In this document: positions 52,852 to 64,000 of the stretch, in pieces
How positions within the stretch are numbered: position 1 is the first letter of the stretch
Layout: every line of letters starts with the position of its first letter
Assembly: GCF_000002075.1 (NCBI RefSeq)
Contig: NW_004797517.1
Span: 480,229 to 544,228, forward strand
From: Aplysia californica
Lineage: Eukaryota
Length of the DNA stretch: 64,000 nt
Direction: 5' to 3'
Notes under the pieces: model-generated
Told to the model about the DNA's origin: nothing
Seen by the model: only the letters and a program-made list of their open reading frames with translations
The model's database searches: none
Translations under genes and position numbers: made by a program

Positions 52852-52985
52852 TTGGTTCAGCAGCAGCAGCTGAAATCAACTTCTGGGCTTCTTTGACTTT
52901 TTTCATGGCCTCATCAATCTCACGCTGAGAGGCTTCGCTGGCTTTACCTTGAGGTTTAATGATACTTGCTTTAGAATGTTGCACA
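52852..52985 (-). CDS. SRSF11/SREK1: SRSF11/SREK1-like exon (end of RRM2 plus conserved helix)
   Basis: ctttcAG|...|GTaagt; 134 nt; (S)VQHSKASIIKPQGKASEASQREIDEAMKKVKEAQKLISAAAAEP; matches the family motif REIEEAMK.V.EAQ.LISAA.EP. Confidence 0.96.
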
Positions 52986-53215
52986 CTGAAAGGCAAAAGT
53001 TTGTGTAAGTCAATTTTAAAACACTTCCAAACACAATATCAGAAGGTTAACTTAAAAAAAGAATGCAAAGACATAAAGTAAATGTACTTGGCAACTTAAG
53101 AAGAAAAAGCTAATATGACCCTCTATAAGCCTGACTGAATGCTTCTTTCCTAGGAAAGAAAAATGGACCATTGATAGGTTAAAAAAGGAATAAACAGGAC
53201 TACAGTTACATTTAA

Positions 53216-54211
53216 CCCTCATCCTGCGGGAGCCGGGTTTATATTCCGCGATAAGTGTATTTCGGCACCTCGCATCCCTCCCGGTCCCGTGTCAGTCCTA
53301 CCCTGGCTCAGCACACACGCACCGAGCATCATCCACGTGATGACCGGGTCCCGTATTCCCGCAGCTAAAGTGTGTGTGCGTCAGTCTGCTTGAATTTTGT
53401 GCATTTGGGGCCTACTTCTAGAATCGCCTACATTGGTTTGTAACCGAGGCATACGTCTCATTCAAAACACAGTAAGTTGGTATCTCTAGGTCTTCGTCCA
53501 ATGAAATTAGAACATATTGACCTACTTAGACATGACGTGACCTCAGTGCTTATTTGTCGTATCTCCATTTTTTCTAACAGTGAAAATGTAACTTCTTCTT
53601 AAGCTCACTCTTTGTTATGAACTGTTTTCACTGTTAATAAAAATTTAGAGATACGACAAGAAAGCACTGGGTCGCGATGAGGCGCTCGAAAGGATAGCCA
53701 AGAAACAAAACTTCCATTTTTCTACACAAAATCTTTCAAATGAGCTTGATTTTATATAAAATGATATTATCTGATAAAAATAAGCTTATTCGATAGTTTT
53801 GGATACCATTGTGCAGGTAAAAAGAACAATTTGAGAGCAAAACATTCGGAAATTGACCTTTATAATTACCTTTCGAACCCCAGATCATTCGTAACAACAA
53901 GAGAGTCTAAAATGGTTATTCGAATGGGCGTAACTACTCATAATGTCTCATCAGCTTATGAGGGGGTTGTTTTTGTGTTCGTAATACTTCATAAATAGAA
54001 AGCTATAAAAGATAGAGCGTTATTTTCATCATCGATTAACACACCCCCACATTATTCACAGCGAAAACAAACAGGTTTCCAGTGCTGCTCGCTGTATACT
54101 ACCAGTACACTCTGAGTGACCTGGCCGGCTGATCCCAGCAGCCCGTCGGGAACAACCGATATAAGAAGTTACTGATAAGACTCGAATCTTGGCACAGACG
54201 CAGGACAAGAG
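53216..54211. mobile_element. piggyBac-like non-autonomous element containing a ~130-bp hairpin module (53542-53670)
   Basis: ttaa|ccctcatcctgcg ... cgcaggacaagag|ttaa. Confidence 0.7.
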
Positions 54212-54550
54212 TTAAAAAAGCAAATACTGCAGAGAGAATTGAACAATAAAATTCGTTGTGATCAAGACACTAAAATGGTTCAATCAACAATTTCAAAATC
54301 CCCTTTTGAACTTAACGATCTAAAGGATAAATAAGAGAAAAGAGAAGAGGAACCTTGCTAAAATCACTGAAAAAAATTATATGTCAACCCAAGAACATGG
54401 TAATAATGAAACAACAAATCAATGGAAAGATATAAGAATATAAATAAAATTTACGCAGGTCAGATGTAAAGAAAATTTTCAACCATGCAATCACTTCAAG
54501 TATATATAATTTTCACCAAAAACATACATACATAGATACTACCTACATAC

Positions 54551-54726
54551 CTCATCGTTCGTCCTTTGAAAACAACATTGTTGTAAGTGAGAGCTTGAGC
54601 AACAGATCTTTGATCGGTAAACTCTATGTAAGCAGCACGAGCACCAGCATGCTCATCCCCAGCCAGTCGCACATATTTGATCTCTCCAACTTGCGAAAAA
54701 AAATTTAACAGCATTTCTCCAGTCAC
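54551..54726 (-). CDS. SRSF11/SREK1: SRSF11/SREK1-like exon (RRM2 core)
   Basis: ttttttcttAG|...|GTatgt; 176 nt; VTGEMLLNFFSQVGEIKYVRLAGDEHAGARAAYIEFTDQRSVAQALTYNNVVFKGRTM. Confidence 0.96.
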
Positions 54727-56526
54727 CTAAGAAAAAAAGTGAGGAACACACAAATAAGACGTAGTCCATTTTTCGCTAGCTTAGGGACGGAAGTAAAAAT
54801 TATTGGCTACCTGCATGCCTTTAACATGACAAAGAACTTAGAGCTTATAATATGTATTGCATTTGATAGCTACTGCAGTCAAAACTATTTGCATGCCAAT
54901 ATAACAGAGAAAAAAAATTATGCTAACTCTAGAATATGGTATTAATGTAACAACAAATCAATGGAATGACAGTCTTGCAGTCACTAAATTTTTTTCAACA
55001 TGTCTATTTCACGGCGTCACTTTTCGCCCGATTCTGTTACCTTTAGTTAGCGTGACTCTGCAGCCCGCAGAGCTCCCCGGCTCGGGGTCATGAGCCCTGA
55101 ATCAACTTTGCCGGTGTCAGTTAGGAAGTTCACATTTTTGACTATGTTTAAAACGATATAGCTTCTTCCCCATCCCACACAGCAAACCATTACGCGGATG
55201 TACTAAAAGCTCAATGTCTTGAGATTTATTCTGCGATAGAATGGTTAATTTCTGTGCCTTAGTTTTTTTCTAGACAAGTGTTTGTAGAGTACCCAATTTG
55301 TCCTATTTTAGTTATTTTAGTTATGAATAAATGACTTAATTTTAAAAAGGCACGACAGATCTCTCAAAAATCAGTGTTAAACTGACTACGAATATCATGT
55401 CTTTTACCATGAGAAATCGTAAACATGTCAAGCACAACTAGTCTGTATGCTTCCCGGGAAGCTGAGAATGTTTCGGAGTGTACTATGGTCTGCTGGGGTA
55501 ATAATATAGTGTAAAGCGCATAGAGCCTGCTGTTGAGCGGGGATATGCGCTATACAAATGCTATCTATTATTATTATTAGTCCAAGTGCCTAGCTGATCG
55601 CACAACTCGTCGCCTGAAACATACGTGTTTGCCTTTCAGGCGACGAGTCAGGCGCGATCGGCTTGTGCCACGATAGCCGCTTTGCGCCCTCAATCTGGCT
55701 AGCAAACCGACCCGACCCGATCTCCCAATGGGTGCCCAAACACTCGGACGAGCGACAGTCGTTCTTCTAGGCTAACGACAACAGCCAACCGACCAAATGT
55801 ACCATTAATAAATCTCTTATCCCTCATATGTGTTCAAACCAAAGTGATGACAACAGCCAAGTGATAGTTTAGTCAGCACAGTTAGTTGTGTAAGGGTTAT
55901 AACGACTGTCGCTCGTCCGAAAGTTTGCTGCGAATGCGCTCAGTTACTAGACCTCGGACGAGGCATGTTTTGAAAGTAGTAGCAGATCTACGAATACAAT
56001 TGATTATTTGTATGTCGCAATTGTAACAGTTATCATGCTATTATCACAGAATCCTGAGTGTGGGAAAAGATCCAACACAACTTGAGGCGAGTCAAATACT
56101 AAATCCGGCACCAATATTTCGGATTATAATGCTCTGAGTTCCTACTGACAAAAAGTTCAATGGGTGCTTCCCGTGATAGAGAAGAAGGCAGAGTAAGTTC
56201 ATAGAAAAATTCGGCGCAACAGCAGACTGGAACAAAATATCGTCTAAATCAGGAAAGTCAGGATGCTTGAGATTTGGGGGAAAAAATCTGGATATCCTGA
56301 CTAAATCGGGATGAGTGGCAGGTCTGAGTTAACAAGGCCTCAGTACTGCCCTAAACTGACAAAACGCCTGTTTTTTTTAATTTGGGCGTCAATATTTTTT
56401 TATTTGCTAAATCAACATCCTGATTAGTTAACCAACTCGTATGAAAAATCAAAGTGAAACTGTGACCATGTTTTTAAATCAATTAGAATTCAAATTTCGG
56501 AACAACACCTTTTTAAAATGGTTATA

Positions 56527-57465
56527 CAGTAGTCTCCGCCTAAGAACCCGGTGCTCGGGAGCAAGGAAATGCGGGATCTTAGGCAAACCGGGATCTTAAC
56601 CGACGAACCCAGGGAAGAATCTATGGAGACCCATGTTAAGGCTCACAATCGGAAAAAACGGTCTACCTCCACCCTACAATGAACTGACGTGACCCCTTGG
56701 TGGGTTTATGACTTATGGCGGGCAAACAGTGGTTAACCTTGATGACCTATCACAGTGCATAGTGGCATGAGGCGTGCCATTTTCACTTATTATCCTATCA
56801 TGAGTCTAAAGATCTACGCTTATCTAGTTGCCCCTCCTCTTTACCTGTCAAAAATGTATAGCTTTCCATCTCTGACCGAGTTCCCCCCCCCCCTCCAAAC
56901 CGCCTTTGTCGTTACACACCATTACGTTGTGAACGCACCAATTAAAATTCAGTCTGTCTCGCAAATTCGGGAGTAGAGACAACTGCTGCAATGGTCAAGG
57001 ATGCGTTCACGGTTCGATGTGATCCCGCCTGGAGAGAACGTGTAGGCCCTACCTACCCAGCGAGTGATGTAAGTTTAGGGGGCGAGCTCAGGTGTGAGTG
57101 TGATATGTGAGGAAAACAAACGTGTCGGTCTGTTCACACCCCGGTGTGATCCCGTCTGGGGCAAACATTGTATCGCTTCATCGAGTTTTACAACGTGTAT
57201 GTGATCACATTCACATTAGTGGCTGATCTTTGATGCGACGGACAGTTTATTGATCTCAACTTTTCACTCTTGGTTGATCGGCTGTCCCGCCCGGGTTTTT
57301 GTTTAGCAAATTATGATCTGAAATGCGGGATCTTAGCTGAATGTAGACCATCAGAGCGGGATCTTAGGGGTGACTTTTGTATAGTAAAAATTCTGTTTTC
57401 CTAAAACAACGGGATCTTAAGCGAACTGGGATCGTAAGCGGTGGGATCTAAGGCGGAGACTACTG
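56527..57465. mobile_element. pogo/Tigger-like (Tc1/mariner) MITE, full length
   Basis: ta|cagtagtctccgcct ... aggcggagactactg|ta with gggatctta subterminal repeats. Related copies at 41848-42598 and, inverted, ~63580-64000. Confidence 0.85.
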
Positions 57466-57820
57466 TACAATCAAAAGGCCTTTTTATCTCAAGACTGCTG
57501 TGAATAAGAAAAAGGTGTTTTGTCAGCGTACCCTAACAAACAGCTTAACTGTTTATCTTCTCTCTTATCATGTATTTTACTAAGTCTAATTCAGGATAGA
57601 GATCCCTTGAAATTCCTATTTTTCTGTCAATTTACAAAATTTCAGTACTTTACTGATTAGAGAAAACCAGCCATTTCTGTACACAAAAAAAAGGAAGAAA
57701 AAAAGCAGAGACAAAATTTAGAAACCTTTCATTCATGTCATAAATTTCCTTTGAAAACATGACAATAGTCAATCATTTGGTCAATTTCTGCAAGCAACAG
57801 GCTTTTTACTCAGAACAATA

Positions 57821-58622
57821 CAGTCAAACCTGTGTAAGACGGCCACCCATTGTCAAGGAGAAAAGTGGCCGTATAAAACAGGTGGCCATCTTATGCAGGA
57901 CTGATCAAGATAAAGAAAACAAACCATTCCCATTTGAGGCCCCAAGCGAAAGTAGCCCCACTATGATGTCTTTGTTGGTGTTGTTGTTGGTTTATATTTC
58001 GTTTGTAATTTTATTTTGTCACTGATTTTGTACAAGGGTGACAATACAACGAAATGTATCAGACAAGGAAGACCGAGTGCCATGTTAAAACATGGCACAT
58101 GGATCGCCACCACTTGGAGAACGAGCGACACTTCTGTAACAAGTTCATGTTGACGCCCTTTGTTACTTCGTTACTGACTGGGTAAACAGTGACCACTCAT
58201 CTCACTTACGATTTGTGTATGAATTCTGGGCGGAGCTTATGGGTTATGAGGGATTACACACTTACTTCACCAGCAGCTGATAATTGGTAGCTATTGTCAA
58301 CAGTGGGAGGGGCCTACGTAACATGATCGGTTGAAGGAACCACCTAACAACAACGACAGGTGATTGAATTATGACGGCTAGGGGCCAAAGCACAAATTTA
58401 TGACAAAACATAATGGAGTCACTAAGGTGACCGTTTTAGACAGGTATTATTGCTTAGTATGATAGGGGTTGTGTGTTAAATTATGGTGGCCGCGGCCGCG
58501 TTGGACAGGTGCCCGTTTTACACAGTTAAATTATATAGAAAAAACGCAAGGGGGGAAATGGAAAGTGACCGTTTGTACAGGTGGCCGTCTTATAGAGGTG
58601 GCCGTCAGGGCAGGTTCGACTG
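57821..58622. mobile_element. pogo/Tigger-like (Tc1/mariner) MITE, full length
   Basis: ta|cagtcaaacctg..gacggccacc ... ggtggccgtc..caggttcgactg|ta. Confidence 0.85.
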
Positions 58623-59562
58623 TATTTTTGTACCGATTTTTTTTTGCCAACCACTTTTTAATTCTCATCCTATTTGCATAAAACTTTCAGGAAACTTTCA
58701 CTTCAGAAAAGTAAAGTTGCAGAGAGAAGAAAATTAGACATTTTAAAAAATAATTTAATTTACAATAGATTATGTAATCTACAGTACATCAAATCTCACA
58801 AGCCTCCTACCTAAAATTTTGTAATAAGAAAAGGTACACTCTCACCAAATTAGAGAACATTTGGTCAAGAAATTAAAAAACCTTGTGGAATTATTTATGT
58901 TTATTTTAAAGGTAGCTTCTGTTTCCATAGCAACTGTAGCAAGAAAACATAACTTCAAAAGGCTTATATAAAGATCCCACCATTTCTAAATAACTTGGGA
59001 GGCATCATGGTGAAATCAGGCAATCATCTAAATTATGAAATCAAAGACACTGGCATTTTTCCACTGGTTTGGCAACTTACCCATTTTTGTTTTTTAGGCT
59101 CCACACCTTTTCTCCCCATTTAATAATACATTTCACTGTGGATTTCACTGAAAAGCTTTAAATAAAAGCACAAAATATGTAAAATTTCCAGTTATCAAGG
59201 ACTCTCAAACTATGGAAGACACCAAACTCTGGCGGCCATTTTCTCACTAATTTTATCTCCTTCAATCGGTAATAAGTTAATTTCTCGACATCTATTTTTA
59301 AGATAGATGGGTACTTTTTTCATTGAACACAAGAAAATGAACAAGCTTTAAGATGATATTAATTACTCTACATGCCCAAAAATTGAAGAGAGCCTGATTC
59401 AACCTGGTTGTGACACATTTTTGTAATTAGATTCTATCTCAAGTTTTTGTTTTTAAAAATGGATCTCAAAGGTCACCCCTATCCTTAAAGACAGTCTGAA
59501 ACACACAAGTACTCTCTACAACAAGAAACTGAAATCGTACTCAGATATAAAAAAGCCAATAC

Positions 59563-59718
59563 CTTTGGTTCCAGATCAGAGACATAAACTGTGCGCCTTA
59601 TCTCCTCAATCACATTTGCATCTGTAGAGGCTGGCAAAGGAGGATACTGCGGAAGTCCAAGCGAAGTCAGCCTAGGATCATTTGTTGTGATCACTTGATT
59701 TGAGCCAGTTCCAGTAAC
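59563..59718 (-). CDS. SRSF11/SREK1: SRSF11/SREK1-like exon (linker and start of RRM2)
   Basis: cAG|...|GTattg; 156 nt; VTGTGSNQVITTNDPRLTSLGLPQYPPLPASTDANVIEEIRRTVYVSDLEPK; the EEIRRTVYV motif is characteristic. Confidence 0.95.
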
Positions 59719-59820
59719 CTGTGTAACAGGAATAATATCAGTCCCCACAAAGTGAATACTACGTAATGGTCAAAATGTAACTGACTGAACAGACTGATCT
59801 TTGGTCAATTAAGTTCTTAA

Positions 59821-60131
59821 CCCTTTGAACCCTGACCTCCCGAGACTACCATCCCCTTCTGCCTGAGCGATTCTCATTTTCATATCATTTTCAGAATCAC
59901 ATTCCATATCCTACTCAGGGTAGTCCTCATCACTACAAGTGTCATTCAGAAAAATCTTCAAAATAACAATGTCCTGTGTAGAAAACATATGTAGAAAACA
60001 CTGTTTTCTGGGCACGTTTTGTCACTGGCGGGCCGATTTGGGGATACGGTCTCGCCCACCAGTGTACCAGTGGCTAGGCATAAAGGCAATTTTAAGCGCC
60101 AACGGTGTACACGAGGCAAGGGCTCAAAAGG
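59821..60131. mobile_element. piggyBac-like MITE (311 bp)
   Basis: ttaa|ccctttgaaccct ... agggctcaaaagg|ttaa. Confidence 0.75.
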
Positions 60132-60296
60132 TTAATAAAGACTCTATTGTTATGGCTAAACTATTATACATCAAGCTTTCATCAAATGACTTCACTAATG
60201 AACTGCAAATCACACCAAATTTATCAACAATCTGTCACTCTGAGGTTAAAGTAAAGGTGAACAACACAAAGCTGATTAGATTGAGAAAATGCTTAC

Positions 60297-60397
60297 TTGA
60301 CTGACAACATTTGCTGGCCAGGTAGGTTGACCTGGCAGCATTCCCGCCACGGCTTGTGGTGTCAGCTGCAAAGCAGTACTTTCATCTGGTATCTTCC
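60297..60397 (-). CDS. SRSF11/SREK1: SRSF11/SREK1-like exon (post-RRM1 linker)
   Basis: ttcAG|...|GTaagc; 101 nt; (G)KIPDESTALQLTPQAVAGMLPGQPTWPANVVSQ; G.IPDE..AL motif of the family. Confidence 0.92.
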
Positions 60398-60462
60398 CTG
60401 AATCACAAACAAAAATAAAGAAGCATCAATATCGATGAATATGGTACATTAAATTATATTAA

Positions 60463-60791
60463 CAGACCTGCCAACATCCTATAGACAGAAATAGGGAAAA
60501 TCCCAACCTTTTCAAGGCAGAAATAGGGAAAATGCCCACGAAATTCTTTTACCCATAACCAAATACTCTTATCTCTCTATACACTTTAAAGTACTGTTTA
60601 AGTAGACACCGTGGATCACACTTCATTCATGCTTTTAAGCACCAATAAAATCAGTATCAGCAAATTTAAGAGAGAAAATAGATTTTTCATTTAAATGGCT
60701 CCAAATAAAAGGGAACATTTATTCAGACCAAGGGAAAGGCAGTCTGAATTAAGGAATTTCCCTACAAAATAGGAAAGGTTGGCAAGTCTGT
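60463..60791. mobile_element. MITE with cagacctgccaac TIRs (hAT-like)
   Basis: cagacctgccaac / gttggcaagtctg, flanked by tattaa on both sides; aaataggga subterminal repeats. Confidence 0.7.
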
Positions 60792-61108
60792 ATTAACTTC
60801 CTCTGCACAGTACACTCATGACATCTCAGTTCTGCACATTTAAAGAAAAAAGATTATTTACAAAGTCCTTCTATCCAATTTTTCTGCACATAAATCATAT
60901 CTGGAACAAGGAATTAACCTAGAACTAGATAAACAACACTTTGGTACAAGCATTCCTGTCTCATCTATCTGTAATGGAACACTAAATTTATGTTATCAGT
61001 TTTGGTCATTTACTTGTACATTACGGTTCTCATTTCCTTGCTATTTTTAAGATGTTTCATTAATTTCTTACCCTATTCAATTAATAAATTTGTGTTCTTT
61101 CACACTGA

Positions 61109-61109
<1 letters not shown>

Positions 61110-61142
<33 letters not shown>

Positions 61143-61795
61143 TGCATTTATATAGCGCATTTCCACAAAGAAGTGCTCAATACGCTGTACAATAATACAA
61201 AAAACATATGAAGCGCACATCTCTCTCTCTCTCTCTCCAGTACATCCTTGAGTAAAGACAATCCCACAAAGCTTACCCAGACACCCTCGCACACATTGAT
61301 GAATTCAGTCATAAATTCTTACATAACAGAACAGCATGAATAAATGATACTGAGAGAACATAATAGATACTGAGAGAACATAATAATATTTGTATTGGGA
61401 ATGTCGGAAATTACAGATTGAAGCAGGACTGAAACAAATGAGTTTTAAGTGCTGATTTAAATTTTGACAAAGCAGTGGACTCCCATAGATGAGCTGGTAA
61501 AGCGTTCCACAAGGAGGAGGCGTGGTGTGAAAAAGCTCTCCCTCCGAATCTCTGACTTTTGCTTTGGACAGGTCTTAAAAGTCTTTTCGTCGCCGATCTT
61601 AAAGGCCAAGATGGCATATATTCGATGACCATGTCACAAAGATATGATAGTGCAATGTTGTTGACGCACTTAAAACAAAGAACAATTATTTTGTGCTGAA
61701 TTCGTGCTTTCACCGGGAGCCAGTGTAGTTGAATTAGCATTGGTGTTATATGCTCTTTGAGAGATTTCTTTAATATTATGCGAGCAGCATAAAGA
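61110..61795 (-). mobile_element. 3' end of an L2/CR1-group LINE
   Basis: ORF2 C-terminus HITPMLIQLHWLPVKARIQHKI...GGRAFS...LWNALP...FKSALKTHLF* (stop at 61411), then a 3' UTR ending gcgctatataaatgcaat(tta)n. A similar tail lies on the plus strand at ~55510-55579. Confidence 0.88.
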
Positions 61796-62290
61796 CAACC
61801 CAAGTGTATTAAATAGTACTTATAACAAAAAGCATGTTTTATGAGAGTGAGTTATATAGCTTATAATTTGAGTAAAAATACTAGATATGACTCTGGACTT
61901 AAGACAGCCTATTAAATTATATAACCTTTTTAAAGGTGACACAGAGTTCAGCCAAACACAACCCTCAGCCCCATTCAGGAGCATAGGCCAACATCTCAGC
62001 TTTTATGCAATATAACTACCTGTAGGAAGCTTTAATTGTGTGTTCATTCTTTAAAGGACAAGTCAAAGATCTCTATTGACTGCTGATCTTCTACTCTGAA
62101 CTTGGGAAATCAATTCCGAAATCATAAATTTAGAAAACTGGACTGAGTGTAAAGTTTCCCAAGAAAGCCAACCCATCAAGCTATAATAGCTGGAGAGAAC
62201 AGTAACTGAACTGGTGCACTGGACCCTTAGCTTATAACTGGAGAGCCTTGAAGTTCATGACAACATACTATTCATGTGTGTCACGACGCG

Positions 62291-62685
62291 GTGAAATCAG
62301 GCGCTCGTCAATTTTTGGGCATGTTGAGTTATTGGTATCATCAGAAAGCTTATTCACTTGTTTTGCTTTCAAAGAAAAAAATACACCCATCTATCTTTAA
62401 AAGAAGCCAAGAATCTTCGATCGAAGGAGGTGAGGTCGCCTGGTTTCAGTGGTGAAATTAGAGAGAAAACGGTCGGTCGCAAGATTTGGTTACTCCAATA
62501 GCTTAGGTTATGTTGTGCCTTCAATTAACTTTTTTCAATAAAATTGACATGGCAAAAATTGTTTGGGATTGACACTAAAGGGGTTTAGCCAAAAAATGAA
62601 AATTGATAAAAATTGCCTAACTGCTAACTGGCAGAAAAATGCCTGTTTCTCCGATTTTGTTATTTTGACGAGCGCCTGATTTCCC
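62291..62685. mobile_element. MITE with TIR gaaatcaggcgctcgtcaa
   Basis: gaaatcaggcgctcgtcaa at ~62293 and ttgacgagcgcctgatttc at ~62665; related ends at ~31495 and ~59005. Confidence 0.6.
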
Positions 62686-63101
62686 TACATTGTCTCACAT
62701 ACTGTTGCATTGACATCAGGACACACAAACAAACTAATATAAGATGACACAAACAGTCCAACTGTTTTGAGGTGAGCACAGGCAAGACTACACTGTAAAA
62801 TGAACAATACAACAATGCAGTTGGTCCATTAAGAAGACAGAAGTTCAAGAATTTACAGATATGACAAATACCAATAACAGAAATTCAGAGGCTGAAAATT
62901 GAGCTAGGACCTCAAACACCAACATTTATATTTGCAGTGCCTAGAAGCATGCAGAAATCCCTAATAAATATTATTTGGAGGCCTTACGCACATCACAATG
63001 AAAAGACAACTTAGAAGGCTCAAAACAATACCAGTCCACTGTTGGGACTTTCACTTTCTCTGTATGTCAGGAAAGACTGTCCCTTCATTGCTTTCTGTTT
63101 C

Positions 63102-63207
63102 AAAGCTTTGATAAAAGTAACACAAAATCCTGTTTGTTTGAAAACTTTGATAAAAGTAACACAAAATCCTGTTTGTTTGAAAGCTTTGATAAAAGTAACA
63201 CAAAATC
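63102..63207. repeat. 39-bp minisatellite, about 3 units
   Basis: ctttgataaaagtaacacaaaatc repeated three times. Confidence 0.9.
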
Positions 63208-63340
63208 ATGCTGACTTAGAAGTACACGAAAAATCATCCTTTAATTTTCACCACAAAAATGAATTTTCAATACGCAAACACAAATGGTTTTCAAAGTCTC
63301 ATCAATCTTTGTATACAACTCAAAGTCTTTTGAAACTTAC

Positions 63341-63477
63341 CATCCATTACAGGAACAATCATGAGGGCACGGTCAACAAAAACTGTGCTGCTCAGGTGTA
63401 AAGCTACCCCTGTGGTAGTGGCATCCTCGAACTCAATGTATGCCACTCTAGCTGTGACAATAGAAGCATCGATGGAC
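63341..63477 (-). CDS. SRSF11/SREK1: SRSF11/SREK1-family SR protein, first in-window coding exon (C-terminal half of RRM1); upstream exon(s) lie outside the window
   Basis: cattcacAG|...|GTaagt; 137 nt; translates SIDASIVTARVAYIEFEDATTTGVALHLSSTVFVDRALMIVPVMD(G). This has an RNP1-like VAYIEF and the HL..TVFVDRAL.VP motif typical of SRSF11/SREK1 RRM1. Phase joins the next exon. Confidence 0.92.
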
Positions 63478-64000
63478 CTGTGAATGAATAATAGAAAAAT
63501 TATATGTACAAAAGGAAAGAAAAAGAGTGAACATGAAACTCAGTATAAGAACCGCTTTGGAAAACCCTGGACTTTGACTGTACCGGTACTATACATTACT
63601 CTCCACCCAAGATTCCGACGCAATTCCATTCGCAAAAGATCCCGCTGTTTAAAAAAAAGGAAATTTACAGCAAAAAAGTCACCCCCTAAGATCTCGCTCT
63701 AAAATACTACATTCGGCTAAGATCCCGCACTTCAGATCATTTATGGAGCAAAAACCACGCCAGTGCAGCTGACTAATCAAGCAGCGAAAATTTGCGATCA
63801 TTGTACTGCTCCTTGCATCGGAGATCATCCACTCTCGTGAATAAGATCACATCTGTTCTAAGTCCCAATGACTGGATACAATGTTTGCCCCGGATGGGGT
63901 CATGCCAAGGTGTGAACTCATCGAAGCCATTATTTTCAAAAACCTCACACATTTGAGCCCTCCACCTAAACTTAACATCACATGTGAGGTGGGATACGTG

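Noticed and set aside
63102-63207. Regularly spaced repeats (also at ~46137-46220) superficially like a CRISPR array
   Set aside because: The intervening sequences are identical, so these are minisatellites; the context is eukaryotic with no cas genes.

Overview
AT-rich animal genomic DNA, probably an invertebrate (lophotrochozoan/mollusc-like is my inference from the repeat repertoire), with five N gaps. One gene runs on the minus strand across most of the window (last-seen exon at 63477 down to the stop at 8638). It encodes an SR splicing factor of the SRSF11/SREK1 (Srp54) family. I reconstructed 12 coding exons with GT-AG sites and consistent phases, about 539 aa in-window: the end of RRM1, a linker, RRM2, a long RS domain and an SRSF11-type C-terminus (RDYDEEE...DMDMSD*). 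The first exon(s) lie beyond position 64000. Introns and flanks are packed with transposons: a degenerate 5.7-kb Sola-type DNA transposon (AAAT TSD), PIF/Harbinger, piggyBac-, hAT- and pogo/Tigger-like MITEs (several nested), tRNA-derived SINEs, a short retroposon with no recognisable head, and RTE-, I/Nimb-like and L2 LINE fragments. Two duplications next to gaps look like assembly or haplotype artefacts. I see no CRISPR, rRNA or bona fide tRNA genes. I could not support a wholly new system; the best leads are the modular RS-exon architecture with candidate alternative exons, the headless ~170-nt retroposon, and a degenerate PHD-finger-like relic in a TE-poor intron segment.
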